Source: Phycisphaerae bacterium
Lineage (GTDB): Bacteria; Planctomycetota; Phycisphaerae; UBA1845; PWPN01
Length of the DNA: 64,000 nucleotides
Direction of reading: 5' to 3'
NCBI GenBank assembly: GCA_035384605.1
Contig: DAOOIV010000003.1
Span: forward strand, 31,159 to 95,158
The number at the start of each line of letters is the position of its first letter. Position 1 is the stretch's first letter. Under the pieces are notes generated by a model, which saw only the letters and a program-made list of their open reading frames with translations, was not told where the DNA came from and did not search any database. A program made the position numbers and the translations under genes. Positions 1 through 9,391 of this stretch are shown piece after piece.

Positions 1-24
1 CAATGCGCGGAGCTTCTGAAATGA

Positions 25-522
25 TCAGGGGCAGATGACTCGCAGAGCCGATCGAGCCTGGGCGAGAACGCGTGGTGACATCCAAAGCGAGGAGCGGCTG
101 AGCCGATCCAGGAAGCCCTCAGCCTCACGTGCTTCAAGCCGGCGAGCTCCCGCAGCCCAGAGCAGTATCCCGATCGTACCATGTACCTCCAAGTTCATGG
201 TTCGACCGACAAGTCGAGCGGCGGCGTCATCTGTCAGAAACCAATCAGCCTGAATCTGTCTCGCCAACGCCAAGGCGGCTGCTTCGCCTATATGAATCGC
301 TTCCGTGTCCATCCAAGGCTGCAGCTCGACCATATGGGCAGAGTCGACGTCAATCACCTGGATCCATTCGGGGCGTCGTGATGACCACTCGGCAAGAGCC
401 CGCTGCAACTCCTCCTGCACGGCCGGTGGGATATGGACCGCACCCACCTCTTGCAACAGATCGAGGGCATCGATCTCTGATAGGCGCAGAATCGGCCCGG
501 TGTTTGAAACAACTCGTCTCAC
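25..522 (-). CDS. PIN-like nucleic-acid-binding protein (DUF3368/COG2405 type), probable toxin of a type II TA pair
   Basis: 165-aa ORF. N-terminal VVSNTGPILRLSEIDALDLL and later GEAAALALA..LTDD..GT.G.L pattern are typical of DUF3368 PIN-like proteins. Its GTG start overlaps the stop of the upstream small ORF (GTGA, 519-522). Confidence 0.6.
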   Translation of the reverse strand: MRRVVSNTGPILRLSEIDALDLLQEVGAVHIPPAVQEELQRALAEWSSRRPEWIQVIDVDSAHMVELQPWMDTEAIHIGEAAALALARQIQADWFLTDDAAARLVGRTMNLEVHGTIGILLWAAGARRLEAREAEGFLDRLSRSSLWMSPRVLAQARSALRVICP

Positions 523-722
523 GGATTGGCCGTCCTCTGGTGCAGGGCCCAGTCGATGTCCTCTCGCTGGAAGGCTTCGGTCAGTTCCAGCCGCCGGTGC
601 CGTAGGAACTCCAGGAGCGCAGTGCGTACGAGCTCATCCTGGCTATGGAACCAGCCGGCTTGGACAAGGGCTGCGACCTCACCGGCGATCTTGTCAGGCA
701 GTTCAATCTGGAGTTGTTTCAT
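519..722 (-). CDS. small RHH/UPF0175-like antitoxin candidate
   Basis: ATG at 722 gives 67 aa, MKQLQIELPDKIAGEVAALVQAGWFHSQDELVRTALLEFL. This resembles the beta-strand plus G-x-[FY]-x-S-x-[SD]E-x-[IV]R-x-AL pattern of ribbon-helix-helix antidotes. 4-nt overlap with the PIN-like gene. Confidence 0.5.
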   Translation of the reverse strand: MKQLQIELPDKIAGEVAALVQAGWFHSQDELVRTALLEFLRHRRLELTEAFQREDIDWALHQRTANP

Positions 723-821
723 GGCAACATTCCTTCCGAACAGCATATGATAAACCCTTACCTCGGTCAGGGCAATCTGTTCTTAGCCGTTGGTCGGTTG
801 CAGGCCAGACAATGGCGACCC

Positions 822-3119
822 TCACCGAACCACAGCGACACTTTCCGCCTCGACGCTCACTCTCCCCAGCGGCGTATCGATTTCCGCTGTCGTCCCCGTG
901 AAGTTGACCGCCACCGCGCACTTGGCCTCCGGCAGATGCACGACGATGTGAGGGAACAGGCCGCTGACCGTGCCGCTCGGCCGTCCGGGCGTGCTGGCCG
1001 GATCACAGTAAATTGCCAGCACCGTCTTGCGGAACCACTCCTGTGGGCTGACAATCCGCGGGCGGTCGTAAGCCGGCGGGCCGAAGTACAGTTCGTGGGC
1101 CAGCAGCGACTCGTCCACCGCAAACCTGTCCTCCGGATACACCATTTGACTGCGATCGGCATACCGCTGCCGTTTCTGCATCAACTGGAACGAGCCCTCG
1201 CCGGCCAGTGCGTGAATGGCCATCTGCTTCTCGATAGTGATCGAGCGAGCCTGCAAGTCATGCCAGGTGTCGTTGCACTCGGCCGGTTTGAAGACATGCT
1301 CCTTGCCGTTGGTCGCCAGGTTCACCTGGTGGTTGTTGTAGATGTCGCATGCCAATCGCAGGCCCAGGCTCCCCTCGCGCAGCAGCCAGATCTGGTCCTC
1401 GGCCATGCACCAGTCGATCAGCAAGGTGGGTCCGCCCGGCAGCGCGACGAACGCCTGGTACTGACGAATCATCGGGAAGACCTTGTTGTTCGGCCGGCCA
1501 TGAATGACGTTCTTGGTCTCCCGGCCGATACGTCCGGTCGTCCAGAACCCGCCCTCATCGAACGTCCCGATCTTGAAAGACTCCAAACTGAACTGAGGCG
1601 TAACGCCCGTCGCCTGGATCATCCCCATGCCGTTACCGTTGTACCGCAGCAAGTGAGGCAGGCCCACCGGCTGAACGAGCATCTGCCACCACCCGAAAGC
1701 CGACCGCCACGCGACGCTCGAAAAGCTGTGGGAATCGCGATGCCAGGCCAGCCGCACGTTCGGCTCGTAATACGTGCCGACATTACGTTCGTTGAACTCT
1801 TTCACGCTGGCCGGTGGCACCATCTGCTCGTGCTTCATGTGCTCCAACAGCCACAGCGCCTGGGCCAGCACGCAGCCTTCCTGCCCCTCATACCAGGAAA
1901 AGTCGTTCAAACGGAATCGCAACAACGACGAAAGCCTCGCTGCCAGGACGCTTCCGCCGCCGAGCTTCTGCTGCAACTCGATCATCTTGATCCACTCGTC
2001 GGCCATGAGCGTCGCGTCGGGGTCCTTGAAATGGGCGGCCGCGAACAGATACGCCGGCATCATTTGCGTGTTGCCGTAGCCGTAGGTGATCCAGTCGTCG
2101 CCGGCACAGTGGATGAAACGCCCTGTGTACAGCGTGGCCTGCTTGAGCCGATCGTACGCGTACTTCCAGTTGTGCAGGTAGACGTCCGGGTTTCGCTGCG
2201 ACTCAGGCAATTGCTGATCCATCACGTACGCGTAAGCCAGATACGCCAACGGCCAGCCCATGTAGCCCGGATGGTAAAAGCCGTGGTGCTCCTGGATGCC
2301 GCCGGGCTCGAAGTTGGCCGCTTTCACTCGCTCCTTGAGCGGCTTGCCGCCGACCACCTTGTCCGAGGCGACGTCCGCCGGCATGCAAATGGCGTTCAGG
2401 CAATATTCGATGGCCGACTCACGCCAGGCGGCCTGCCGAGGTGAGTCTGGCATCGCGACGCGAGCCATTTGCAGCAACGTCGACGACCACGCGTTGGATT
2501 CGCCGCACGAGTGTTCCGGCCAGGTTCCCGGCCAGGTCCGCCACTTCTTGCTGATCCCGTACTCGACCTGCTTGTCCGCCTCCCAGACCAGGATCTTGAG
2601 CATTTGCTCTCTCTGATCCGGCGGCAGGGCGTCGATCAAGAGCATGGCATCCGCCACCGCGAACAGATCCGCGTGCCAGTCATCGGCCATCGACAGCGTC
2701 GCCCCCCATTTCTGGATGTCCGGTCGATCAACAGTGTTGGCCGCGATGTGCGTACCCAGGACCAGCTTGATCAAACCGCGAAGCGGCCGGGCGATATCCT
2801 CCGGCGGGTTGGCCCGCTTGAGCCAGTACCCCGCCGCCGCGGCCGCAAACGTGTTACCGGCCACGTCACGGTAGGGATTGCTGCCCGTGCCCAGCGTGGG
2901 GTTCAGCGTGTACAGGTCTGTTCCCGGGACTCGGTAAAGGTATGTCGAGAGCCAGCGACACCATTGGTCGAGGGCCTTCTCCAAACGCGACCGGAAGCTC
3001 TGAACAACCGGATCGGATGCCGTGTCTCCCTGCTGTCCCGCGGCCACGCACCAGGAGGCCGCCAGAACAATACTCGCCACCAACACCAACAGGGCCGGAG
3101 TGTGCTTGCGTTGCGACAT
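822..3119 (-). CDS. secreted protein of unknown function (~765 aa), possibly a glycan-active alpha-helical enzyme
   Basis: Long ORF with ordinary amino-acid composition. ATG at 3119 lies ~6 nt after AGGAG. Signal peptide MSQRKHTPALLVLVASIVLAASWCVAAGQQ. The overlapping + strand ORF 645..2444 is Arg/Pro-rich mirror noise. Function not recognised. Confidence 0.75.
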   Translation of the reverse strand: MSQRKHTPALLVLVASIVLAASWCVAAGQQGDTASDPVVQSFRSRLEKALDQWCRWLSTYLYRVPGTDLYTLNPTLGTGSNPYRDVAGNTFAAAAAGYWLKRANPPEDIARPLRGLIKLVLGTHIAANTVDRPDIQKWGATLSMADDWHADLFAVADAMLLIDALPPDQREQMLKILVWEADKQVEYGISKKWRTWPGTWPEHSCGESNAWSSTLLQMARVAMPDSPRQAAWRESAIEYCLNAICMPADVASDKVVGGKPLKERVKAANFEPGGIQEHHGFYHPGYMGWPLAYLAYAYVMDQQLPESQRNPDVYLHNWKYAYDRLKQATLYTGRFIHCAGDDWITYGYGNTQMMPAYLFAAAHFKDPDATLMADEWIKMIELQQKLGGGSVLAARLSSLLRFRLNDFSWYEGQEGCVLAQALWLLEHMKHEQMVPPASVKEFNERNVGTYYEPNVRLAWHRDSHSFSSVAWRSAFGWWQMLVQPVGLPHLLRYNGNGMGMIQATGVTPQFSLESFKIGTFDEGGFWTTGRIGRETKNVIHGRPNNKVFPMIRQYQAFVALPGGPTLLIDWCMAEDQIWLLREGSLGLRLACDIYNNHQVNLATNGKEHVFKPAECNDTWHDLQARSITIEKQMAIHALAGEGSFQLMQKRQRYADRSQMVYPEDRFAVDESLLAHELYFGPPAYDRPRIVSPQEWFRKTVLAIYCDPASTPGRPSGTVSGLFPHIVVHLPEAKCAVAVNFTGTTAEIDTPLGRVSVEAESVAVVR

Positions 3120-3339
3120 GACCATCTCCTGAAGTATTGCGTGCGATCGCTTGAGACCAAGAGCATAGGGTAGCCTCAGAATCGCCCCATGAGCAAGACC
3201 AACGTTCCAGAATACCTGCGACCCTACTGGACAACCCGGCACGGCTCCTGGATGATGGTTCGCGCGAATTCGTTGAGGAACTCAGCCGCGGAACTGCGGC
3301 CCCTTGCCGCATCCGCTGCGCATTCCGGGAGCATGCCGC

Positions 3340-4503
3340 ATGTCTACTGCAACCACAACCAGAAGAGAGGTTCTCTCCATCTTCGGTCAGACCGTCGCAG
3401 GCTTGGCCTTGATCCCGGCCCCCGGCCCTGCCCTCGGCGCGGATGCCGGTTCAGGATCGGCGATCCGGGTGGGTATCATCGGGGCGGGCAATCGCAGCGG
3501 GGTGCATATCGCCCAGCTTAAGGAGCTCCCTGACCGCTGCCTCATCACCGCCGTCTGTGATATCGAGCAAGCCAGGGCCGAGGCGGCTCTCGTGAAGGTC
3601 GGCGGCGACGCCAAACCCTTTACCTCCCACGCTGACCTGTTGACCTCCAGACTCTGCGACGCCGTGGTCGTCGCCACGCCCAACTACACGCACAAACAGA
3701 TCGTCGTCGACGCTCTCAAGGCTGGTTGCCATGTCCTCTGCGAGAAGCCAATGGCCACCACTCTGGACGAGGCGAGGGAAATCGTTGCCGCCGTCCGCAG
3801 CAGCAAGAAAGTTTTCTCCATCGGTCTTCAGTTCCGCTACGCGAGCGTCTACCGCAAAGTGCGCGATCTGGTCGCATCAGGGACGATCGGCGATCTGAAG
3901 TACGTTTGGGCCGAGGAGTTCCGCGGCGACTGGGCCCGTCTGTTCGCCGACCCGCAGGAAAACGCCCGCCGCAACTGGCCCTACTACCAGAAGCTCTCCG
4001 GCGGCACACTGCTGGAGAAGAACTGCCATGATTTTGACATCCTGGGCTGGGTCATCGGCAGCAAACCGGTTCGCGTTACGGCCTCCGGCGGCAACAGCGT
4101 CTACCGCGAACGCGAGACCATCGATCATGCCAGTGTGACGGTCGATTACGAGAACGGCGTCCAACTCGCCCTCGGCGTGTGCATGTTCGCCAAGGTCGGC
4201 CGCCATCAGACAACGCTTGTCGGCACCGACGGCATGATTGAATTCCCTCGGGGCGGCAACCAGTTAACCATCCGCAGGCCCAAGCAGAAAGATGAGGTCT
4301 TGCAACTTGTCGAGCAGACTGGCGACTCCCACGGCCAACAGGGAATCCGCGAGCTGCACCTCGATTTCCTCGATGCCATCAGCACCGGCCGGCCACCCCG
4401 GACCGACGTCAACGTCGGCTACGACGCCATGCACGTACCCGTCGCCGCCGAGGAGGCCATCCGCGACCACCGCGTCATTGAGTTTAAGCACGTCGCGAGT
4501 TAA
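3340..4503 (+). CDS. Gfo/Idh/MocA family oxidoreductase with twin-arginine signal
   Basis: GGGAG 8 nt upstream of ATG 3340. TTRREVLSIFGQTVAGLAL is Tat-like. IRVGIIGAGNRSGVHI is a Rossmann motif. The LCEKPMA motif is typical of the family. Confidence 0.85.
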   Translation: MSTATTTRREVLSIFGQTVAGLALIPAPGPALGADAGSGSAIRVGIIGAGNRSGVHIAQLKELPDRCLITAVCDIEQARAEAALVKVGGDAKPFTSHADLLTSRLCDAVVVATPNYTHKQIVVDALKAGCHVLCEKPMATTLDEAREIVAAVRSSKKVFSIGLQFRYASVYRKVRDLVASGTIGDLKYVWAEEFRGDWARLFADPQENARRNWPYYQKLSGGTLLEKNCHDFDILGWVIGSKPVRVTASGGNSVYRERETIDHASVTVDYENGVQLALGVCMFAKVGRHQTTLVGTDGMIEFPRGGNQLTIRRPKQKDEVLQLVEQTGDSHGQQGIRELHLDFLDAISTGRPPRTDVNVGYDAMHVPVAAEEAIRDHRVIEFKHVAS

Positions 4504-5025
4504 TCGTCCTTCCAGAGATCGATGAGCCTCTCTTTCGGAGATGCCGCTTGCGGTGCCGACGCCCTCGTCGGGACTTCGGGTGTAAGGCGGCCGTGCCGCA
4601 TGCCCACGCAAAACCGTGGGCATGGCTCCCGACACCTGGCAGAGAGGATTCCGCCCGAAGATACGGACCCGAAGGGGTTCCGGCCCGGGCGGCGTCGGGC
4701 AAAGCCCGCCCTACCTTCCCTTTCCGTTTGCGTCCATCTGTGTGGTCTTGCGGGCACATTCTTTCTTCTGGGCTGTGCCTGGTGATCCCCCTTTGCCCTG
4801 CCGGCCCGATCAACGGGATGCTGCACCGCGCCAAAAACCCTGGCCCCACTGTGAGGGTTTCCGCGTTCAAGATGATACTTGCCCGCAAGCGGCAGATGGG
4901 GTAGCTTCTTAGCAGACCCGGCGGCAACCGATCCGGGACTCCTGGACTACCGCCGTTGCACGTTGCCGGTGACACATCCGTCCTGGACCGCAAGTCAGCC
5001 CGCCTGTTTCCAAAAGGAGGATACC

Positions 5026-5868
5026 ATGCGCCGTTTGATGCTCTTTCTGCTCATTGTCGCTTTCTGTTCAGGTCAGGTGTGCAACCAACAACCTCCGGAC
5101 AATAATGACACCGACAACGGCGGCGGCGGCCCCGCGACGCCCGTTGACGGCGAGGCCATCATCGCCGACCACCTTGCCGCCGCAGCCTTTGATGATATTC
5201 CGGCCGAGACGATTCAGGCGGTTAAGTCAGGCTACCGCATCTGGTACGGCCACACGTCGCACGGCAGCCAAATCGTCACCGGCATGCAAATGCTCTTCGC
5301 CGAGAACAGCCGGTATGCCTTCAACGCGGAGGCAGGTTCCCTGGTCCTGGAAGAGCAGGACGACGTGGACCTCGGTCATGAGGGCAACCTTGACTGGACA
5401 TATATCACCCGTGACGTGCTTGATGAGCCGGGCAACAACATCAACGTGGTGATGTGGTCATGGTGCGGCGGGGTTAGCGACAACACCGTGGCGGGAATCA
5501 ATGCCTATCTCAATGCCATGAACGAGCTCGAAACGGACTATCCCGACGTCATCTTCATCTACATGACCGGCCACTTGGATGGCACCGGCCCCAGCGAGAA
5601 TCTCTACGCACGCAACAACCAGATCCGCAACTACTGCCGGACCCACGGCAAGATCCTGTTCGATTTTGCCGACATCGAGAGCTACGACCCCGCCGGGAAC
5701 TACTACCCTGACGGCTCCGATTGGTGCGAATGGTGCGAGGACTGGTGTTCCACGCACACTTGCCCAACCTGCGTCGAATGCCAGCACTCCGTGTGTTTCA
5801 ACTGCTACCAGAAAGGCCGGGCCTTCTGGTGGCTGATGGCCCGCATCGCCGGCTGGGAAGGGACGTGA
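5026..5868 (+). CDS. secreted protein of unknown function with Cys-rich C-terminus
   Basis: AGGAGG 5 nt upstream of ATG 5026. Signal/lipobox-like MRRLMLFLLIVAFCSGQ. Gly/Asp/Asn-rich linker. C-terminal CEWCEDWCSTHTCPTCVECQHSVCFNCY. Confidence 0.7.
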   Translation: MRRLMLFLLIVAFCSGQVCNQQPPDNNDTDNGGGGPATPVDGEAIIADHLAAAAFDDIPAETIQAVKSGYRIWYGHTSHGSQIVTGMQMLFAENSRYAFNAEAGSLVLEEQDDVDLGHEGNLDWTYITRDVLDEPGNNINVVMWSWCGGVSDNTVAGINAYLNAMNELETDYPDVIFIYMTGHLDGTGPSENLYARNNQIRNYCRTHGKILFDFADIESYDPAGNYYPDGSDWCEWCEDWCSTHTCPTCVECQHSVCFNCYQKGRAFWWLMARIAGWEGT

Positions 5869-5898
5869 AAAGGTGAAGCAGGCGCTGTGCCTCCTCCA

Positions 5899-5991
5899 CT
5901 AAGGCGGACCGCCTTTTTGTGAACCGCAACCCAAACGTTCTGCGATCCAGAAACATGCGCGCAAGCCGCACAGATATCTGGCCGTAAGGTT
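5899..5991 (-). repeat. 93-nt conserved intergenic repeat, copy A (inverted relative to copies B and C)
   Basis: The reverse complement aligns over the full 93 nt with 28355-28447 and 36678-36770. Core is ...tgtgcggcttgcgcgcatgtttctggatcgcagaacg...caaaaaggcggtccgcctta. Confidence 0.85.
5901..5918 (+). terminator. candidate intrinsic terminator (short GC hairpin plus T5), part of repeat copy A
   Basis: aaggcgg-a-ccgcctt followed by ttttt, 33 nt after the stop of the 5026..5868 gene. The stem is short and the loop minimal, so it is weak. Confidence 0.3.
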
Positions 5992-6132
5992 ATAAAAACC
6001 TGGCCGCCTCTGGGATGCGGCCGAACGGGAGTCGTGGCCGCGGAAAACGAGCAGCCTCGTCGACACCGGGCCCGCCATTGCGGAGCTGAGAAGCAGAATA
6101 CACTGCCAGACAAGCTCCCAGTGCCACGCGGC

Positions 6133-6727
6133 GCTCGACATTTCCGCATTCTGCGGCGATGCTGGTGGCATGACCCGCGACGAGATCTGTTCCAAGTTCA
6201 TCGAGTCCATCACCTTCGACCTCTATTCCTATCAGGAAGAGGCCCTGATGGCGTGGTTCGACTCGCCCGGGGGCGTGATGGTCTGCGCCCCGACAGGGAT
6301 GGGCAAGACGCTCATCGCCGAGGCGGCCGTATTCGAGGCCCTGCACAGCCGTCGGCGGCTCTTCTATACCACTCCGCTGATCGCCCTGACCGACCAGAAG
6401 TTCCGCGAGCTGCAGGATCTGGCGGAAAAATGGGGTTTCGCCCGCGAGGAAATCGGCCTGATCACCGGTAACCGCAAGGTGAACCCGGACGCTCTGGTCC
6501 GCGTGGTGGTGGCCGAGATCCTGCTCAATCACCTCATCTCGCCGGAGCCGGGCCAATCGGATATGAGCGAGGTGGCCGCCGTGGTCATGGACGAGTTCCA
6601 CAGCTTCAACGACCCCGAGCGGGGCATCGTCTGGGAGCTGTCGCTGGCCCTGCTGCCGCCGCACGTGCGGGTGCTGCTGCTGTCGGCCACGGTCGGCAAC
6701 CCGTATGAGTCCTGCCGCTGGCTGAGG
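6133..6727 (+). repeat. 595-bp direct repeat, copy 1 (helicase upstream region plus first ~186 codons)
   Basis: Aligns with 10278-10872 at a constant offset of 4145 nt. 6191-6705 is identical by line-by-line comparison. Mismatches occur only at the two edges. Confidence 0.95.
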
Positions 6728-7099
6728 CATTTCTCCGGGCGACTTCCGTTCAAAGGGGGTTCAGGTCAGCCTCGATGCCCGGGAGGAGCAGCAATTCGGC
6801 GGCGTGCACACGCAGCCGGTGGGGGCGTTGCTGTTCGGTTTAGCATGCTGAATTCCGAGGGGTCCTGCAAAGAGCTGCGTACGCCCGTTTCTGATGCGTC
6901 ACGGAAGAGGAAGAAACCCACAGGCACAGTCATGTGGCGGAAACTAAGGGGAGCCGTTCCGAAGGCGCTGCCGGATGCGAGGTGCGCGGTTGGAGCATCC
7001 TCGATGAGCACCGTTCTCCCGGGGGCGACCAGGAATCGGAAACCGACCACCGACCGCCTCCAGCCCATAGCCCTTGCATCCAACAGTCTCGAGCAGTAA
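6170..7099 (+). pseudogene. 3'-truncated duplicate of the Ski2-like helicase gene (motifs I-III only) fused to an unrelated tail
   Basis: The first ~186 aa are identical to the 10315..12489 product ([21 protein letters not shown]). The sequence then diverges at 6728 into low-complexity text with no helicase C-terminal motifs. Confidence 0.7.
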
Positions 7100-7267
7100 T
7101 CTATTCTTGCCCATCATGGCTTCGACGAAGCTTCTCTTGTGAAGGCGATCGGATAGACGCAATGACCGCATCAGACAAGGTGACAAAGAGCAGACGAAGG
7201 CCGCCAAGGCATCCGCGAAACAGATCTGGATCGCCTTTTCCGATCCTTCTTCGGCGAGGTGAACGAC

Positions 7268-9322
7268 ATGATTATCCTGTTCAAGTGTCCGCAATGTGGC
7301 AGGGCTCACAACGTAAAGAGTGAACTGGGTGGGAGGAAAGCAAGATGCGCGTGTGGCCAAGAACTCACGATCCCAGTCGTGAGAGAAGACGACACAACGG
7401 AGACGAGAAGGGGTATCGCTCTCGACACTACTGGAACCGCCAGCGGTCCCGTGGTACCGGCCCAAGCCAATTCTTCAAGCCAAGCCCGTCCCGACAGCCA
7501 AGGCAAAGTGAGGTGGTATGATCGAGGATTGCTCGTGCTCAGCTTGCTCGTGCTCTTTTTCCCCGTTGGCGCATACGGCCTCTGGCGAAACAGCCATTAC
7601 TCTAGGCGGAGTAAGATTCTACTCGGCGTCACTGGTTTTGCACTTGCGGTAGCCATTGGCCAGCAGCTCACTGAGCAAGTGGTGTCTGCTCCAACAGATA
7701 TCACCTGGAAACAGTACATGGATGAGTGCGGCACGACCGCGCAAGAGGTCAACAAGACCCGCGCCATCAAGGTGTTCGAGGCCAATTACAAGGGGAAGCA
7801 GGTGAGATGGGCCGGCATTGTGGACAGCGTATCGCCCGGACTACTTGGGGGAACGCGGATCGGGCTCAAGATGAGCCCTACGGAATCGTTCGGTGCCGAC
7901 GTTGTCCTAAAGGTCCCCGACAACGTGGATGTCTCTGCGCTTAACCGAGGTGCCATTCTGGAATGTGTCGCCCGGATTGACACACAGGGCGGACCGATCC
8001 TCCCGCACGAACTGGCGTGGATTGGACCTGCCACGGGGGCGACAACGCCCTTGTCTGCGCAGCGCCCAACGAGTGATACAACAGCGGTGCCTCCGCACGG
8101 CATGGTTCTGAGCCAAGCACAGATCATGCCGGCCACTTGGAAAGACTTCATGAGTGCTTGCGGCACGGCGGCCCAGCAGGCCAACGAAATCCAGGCCGTC
8201 GATCTCTTCGAGAAGCAGTTCAAGGGCAAGGTAGTCAAGTGGTCCGGGGTCGTCGACAGAATAAGCACTAGTATTCGGGGCGAGGCCCAGATTTGGATGA
8301 AGATGAGTCCCACCGAATCCCTCGGCCCCGATCTGGTCCTTAACGCGCCACGCAATCTTGACCTCAAGTCGATTAGGAAGGGTGATACCGTCGAATTCCT
8401 GGGGCAGATAGAGACACAGGGCGGAGCATTCACGCCTCATGTACTCTACTGCGATCAAGTGCCGGTACGGGAAGACGGGCTAACGGGCGAGGCTGGTTCG
8501 CGGCTCAGGCCCGAAGAGAAGACGGCGAAAGACCGATCCTCCCAATCAATGCTCAGCAGCCCTGCGCAGGACACGTCCGATTTGGCTCGTGCATCGGATT
8601 TGGACTCGCACATGATTCGAGAGCTGGTGCGCAACCTGAACCACCCAGACAATCCGGTCGTGGACGCTGCAACAGGAGAGTTGAGTACTTACAAGGATAA
8701 GGCGGTGCCCGTCCTAAAAGAGTTCATCCTTGACTCAACGAACACGACCTCCGGTCGGCTGGCAGCAATCACGTCGCTGTGGCAGATTTCTAGTCAACTG
8801 GCACGTTCTGCGCTGAGAGACTGCGCTATGACGCTAGCAAAGAGAACAAGCAGCCTGGACAAGGCTCTCGCCAATGCCTGCAATGACTACGCACGACGAC
8901 CGAGTGCGGAGCACCCAGAGGACACTGACAACTCACCCGACAGTCAGGACACGGCCGGCACAAACACGCCTGACAGTGTTCAAAAACCATCCGAAGATAC
9001 ACCGAGAGACCAGCCCGGATCTGAAATCGACGAACGTCTCAATCGGTTGGTGACCTTGAAGAAGCCATACCCAAAAGTGTATCCGAACGCCCCAACAGAC
9101 AGAATCACTGCCCAGTATGTCGCGATTCTGGTAGCCGAGCAGGTGGGCCTCCAATACGACTTTAAGACCTCATTCACGAACACTAACCCGAAATGCCGTC
9201 AGTGGATATATCCAGAATTCGAGGGCATTCCATGCAACGTGGCTCTCAAGCAAGTACTTGACCCTCTTGGTCTTACCTACGAGTTGAAGGGTGACAGAAT
9301 AGTTTTGCAGAAGAAACGGTAG
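7268..9322 (+). CDS. multidomain membrane protein of unknown function: Zn-ribbon, 2 TM, 2x OB-like repeat, HEAT-like region, acidic linker, STN-like C-terminus
   Basis: N-terminal CPQCG..17..CACG. Hydrophobic segments LLVLSLLVLFFPVGAYGLW and ILLGVTGFALAVAIG. A ~107-aa domain is duplicated internally (nt 7703-8023 and 8135-8455). C-terminus ALKQVLDPLGLTYELKGDRIVLQ. The ATG at 7268 is preferred over the GTG at 7259. Confidence 0.75.
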   Translation: MIILFKCPQCGRAHNVKSELGGRKARCACGQELTIPVVREDDTTETRRGIALDTTGTASGPVVPAQANSSSQARPDSQGKVRWYDRGLLVLSLLVLFFPVGAYGLWRNSHYSRRSKILLGVTGFALAVAIGQQLTEQVVSAPTDITWKQYMDECGTTAQEVNKTRAIKVFEANYKGKQVRWAGIVDSVSPGLLGGTRIGLKMSPTESFGADVVLKVPDNVDVSALNRGAILECVARIDTQGGPILPHELAWIGPATGATTPLSAQRPTSDTTAVPPHGMVLSQAQIMPATWKDFMSACGTAAQQANEIQAVDLFEKQFKGKVVKWSGVVDRISTSIRGEAQIWMKMSPTESLGPDLVLNAPRNLDLKSIRKGDTVEFLGQIETQGGAFTPHVLYCDQVPVREDGLTGEAGSRLRPEEKTAKDRSSQSMLSSPAQDTSDLARASDLDSHMIRELVRNLNHPDNPVVDAATGELSTYKDKAVPVLKEFILDSTNTTSGRLAAITSLWQISSQLARSALRDCAMTLAKRTSSLDKALANACNDYARRPSAEHPEDTDNSPDSQDTAGTNTPDSVQKPSEDTPRDQPGSEIDERLNRLVTLKKPYPKVYPNAPTDRITAQYVAILVAEQVGLQYDFKTSFTNTNPKCRQWIYPEFEGIPCNVALKQVLDPLGLTYELKGDRIVLQKKR

Positions 9323-9391
9323 GTCTGTTGCGGCAGAGGAGTCCTATGCCGATTCCCAAAGGCAAACCGTCATTCTGAATTGGAGCATCGG

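Noticed and set aside
1-24. Possible 3' end of a + strand gene (..QCAELLK stop at 22-24)
   Set aside because: Eight codons are too few to support any call.
645-2444. 599-aa + strand ORF overlapping the 822..3119 gene
   Set aside because: It has an Arg/Pro/Gly/Leu-rich, motif-free sequence typical of mirror-strand ORFs in high-GC DNA. The minus-strand ORF has a signal peptide, an RBS and normal composition.
4790-4960. Cobalamin-riboswitch-like string aaaaaccctggccccactgtgaggg
   Set aside because: The B12 box is imperfect (cccactg rather than gccactg), the other conserved blocks are missing, and the downstream gene has no B12 link.
6766-7465. Minus-strand ORFs 6766..7083 and 6944..7465 in the left arm of the insert
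   Set aside because: There are no motifs and no RBS, and the second overlaps the start of the 7268..9322 gene. A decayed gene remnant in 6728-7258 cannot be excluded without BLASTX.
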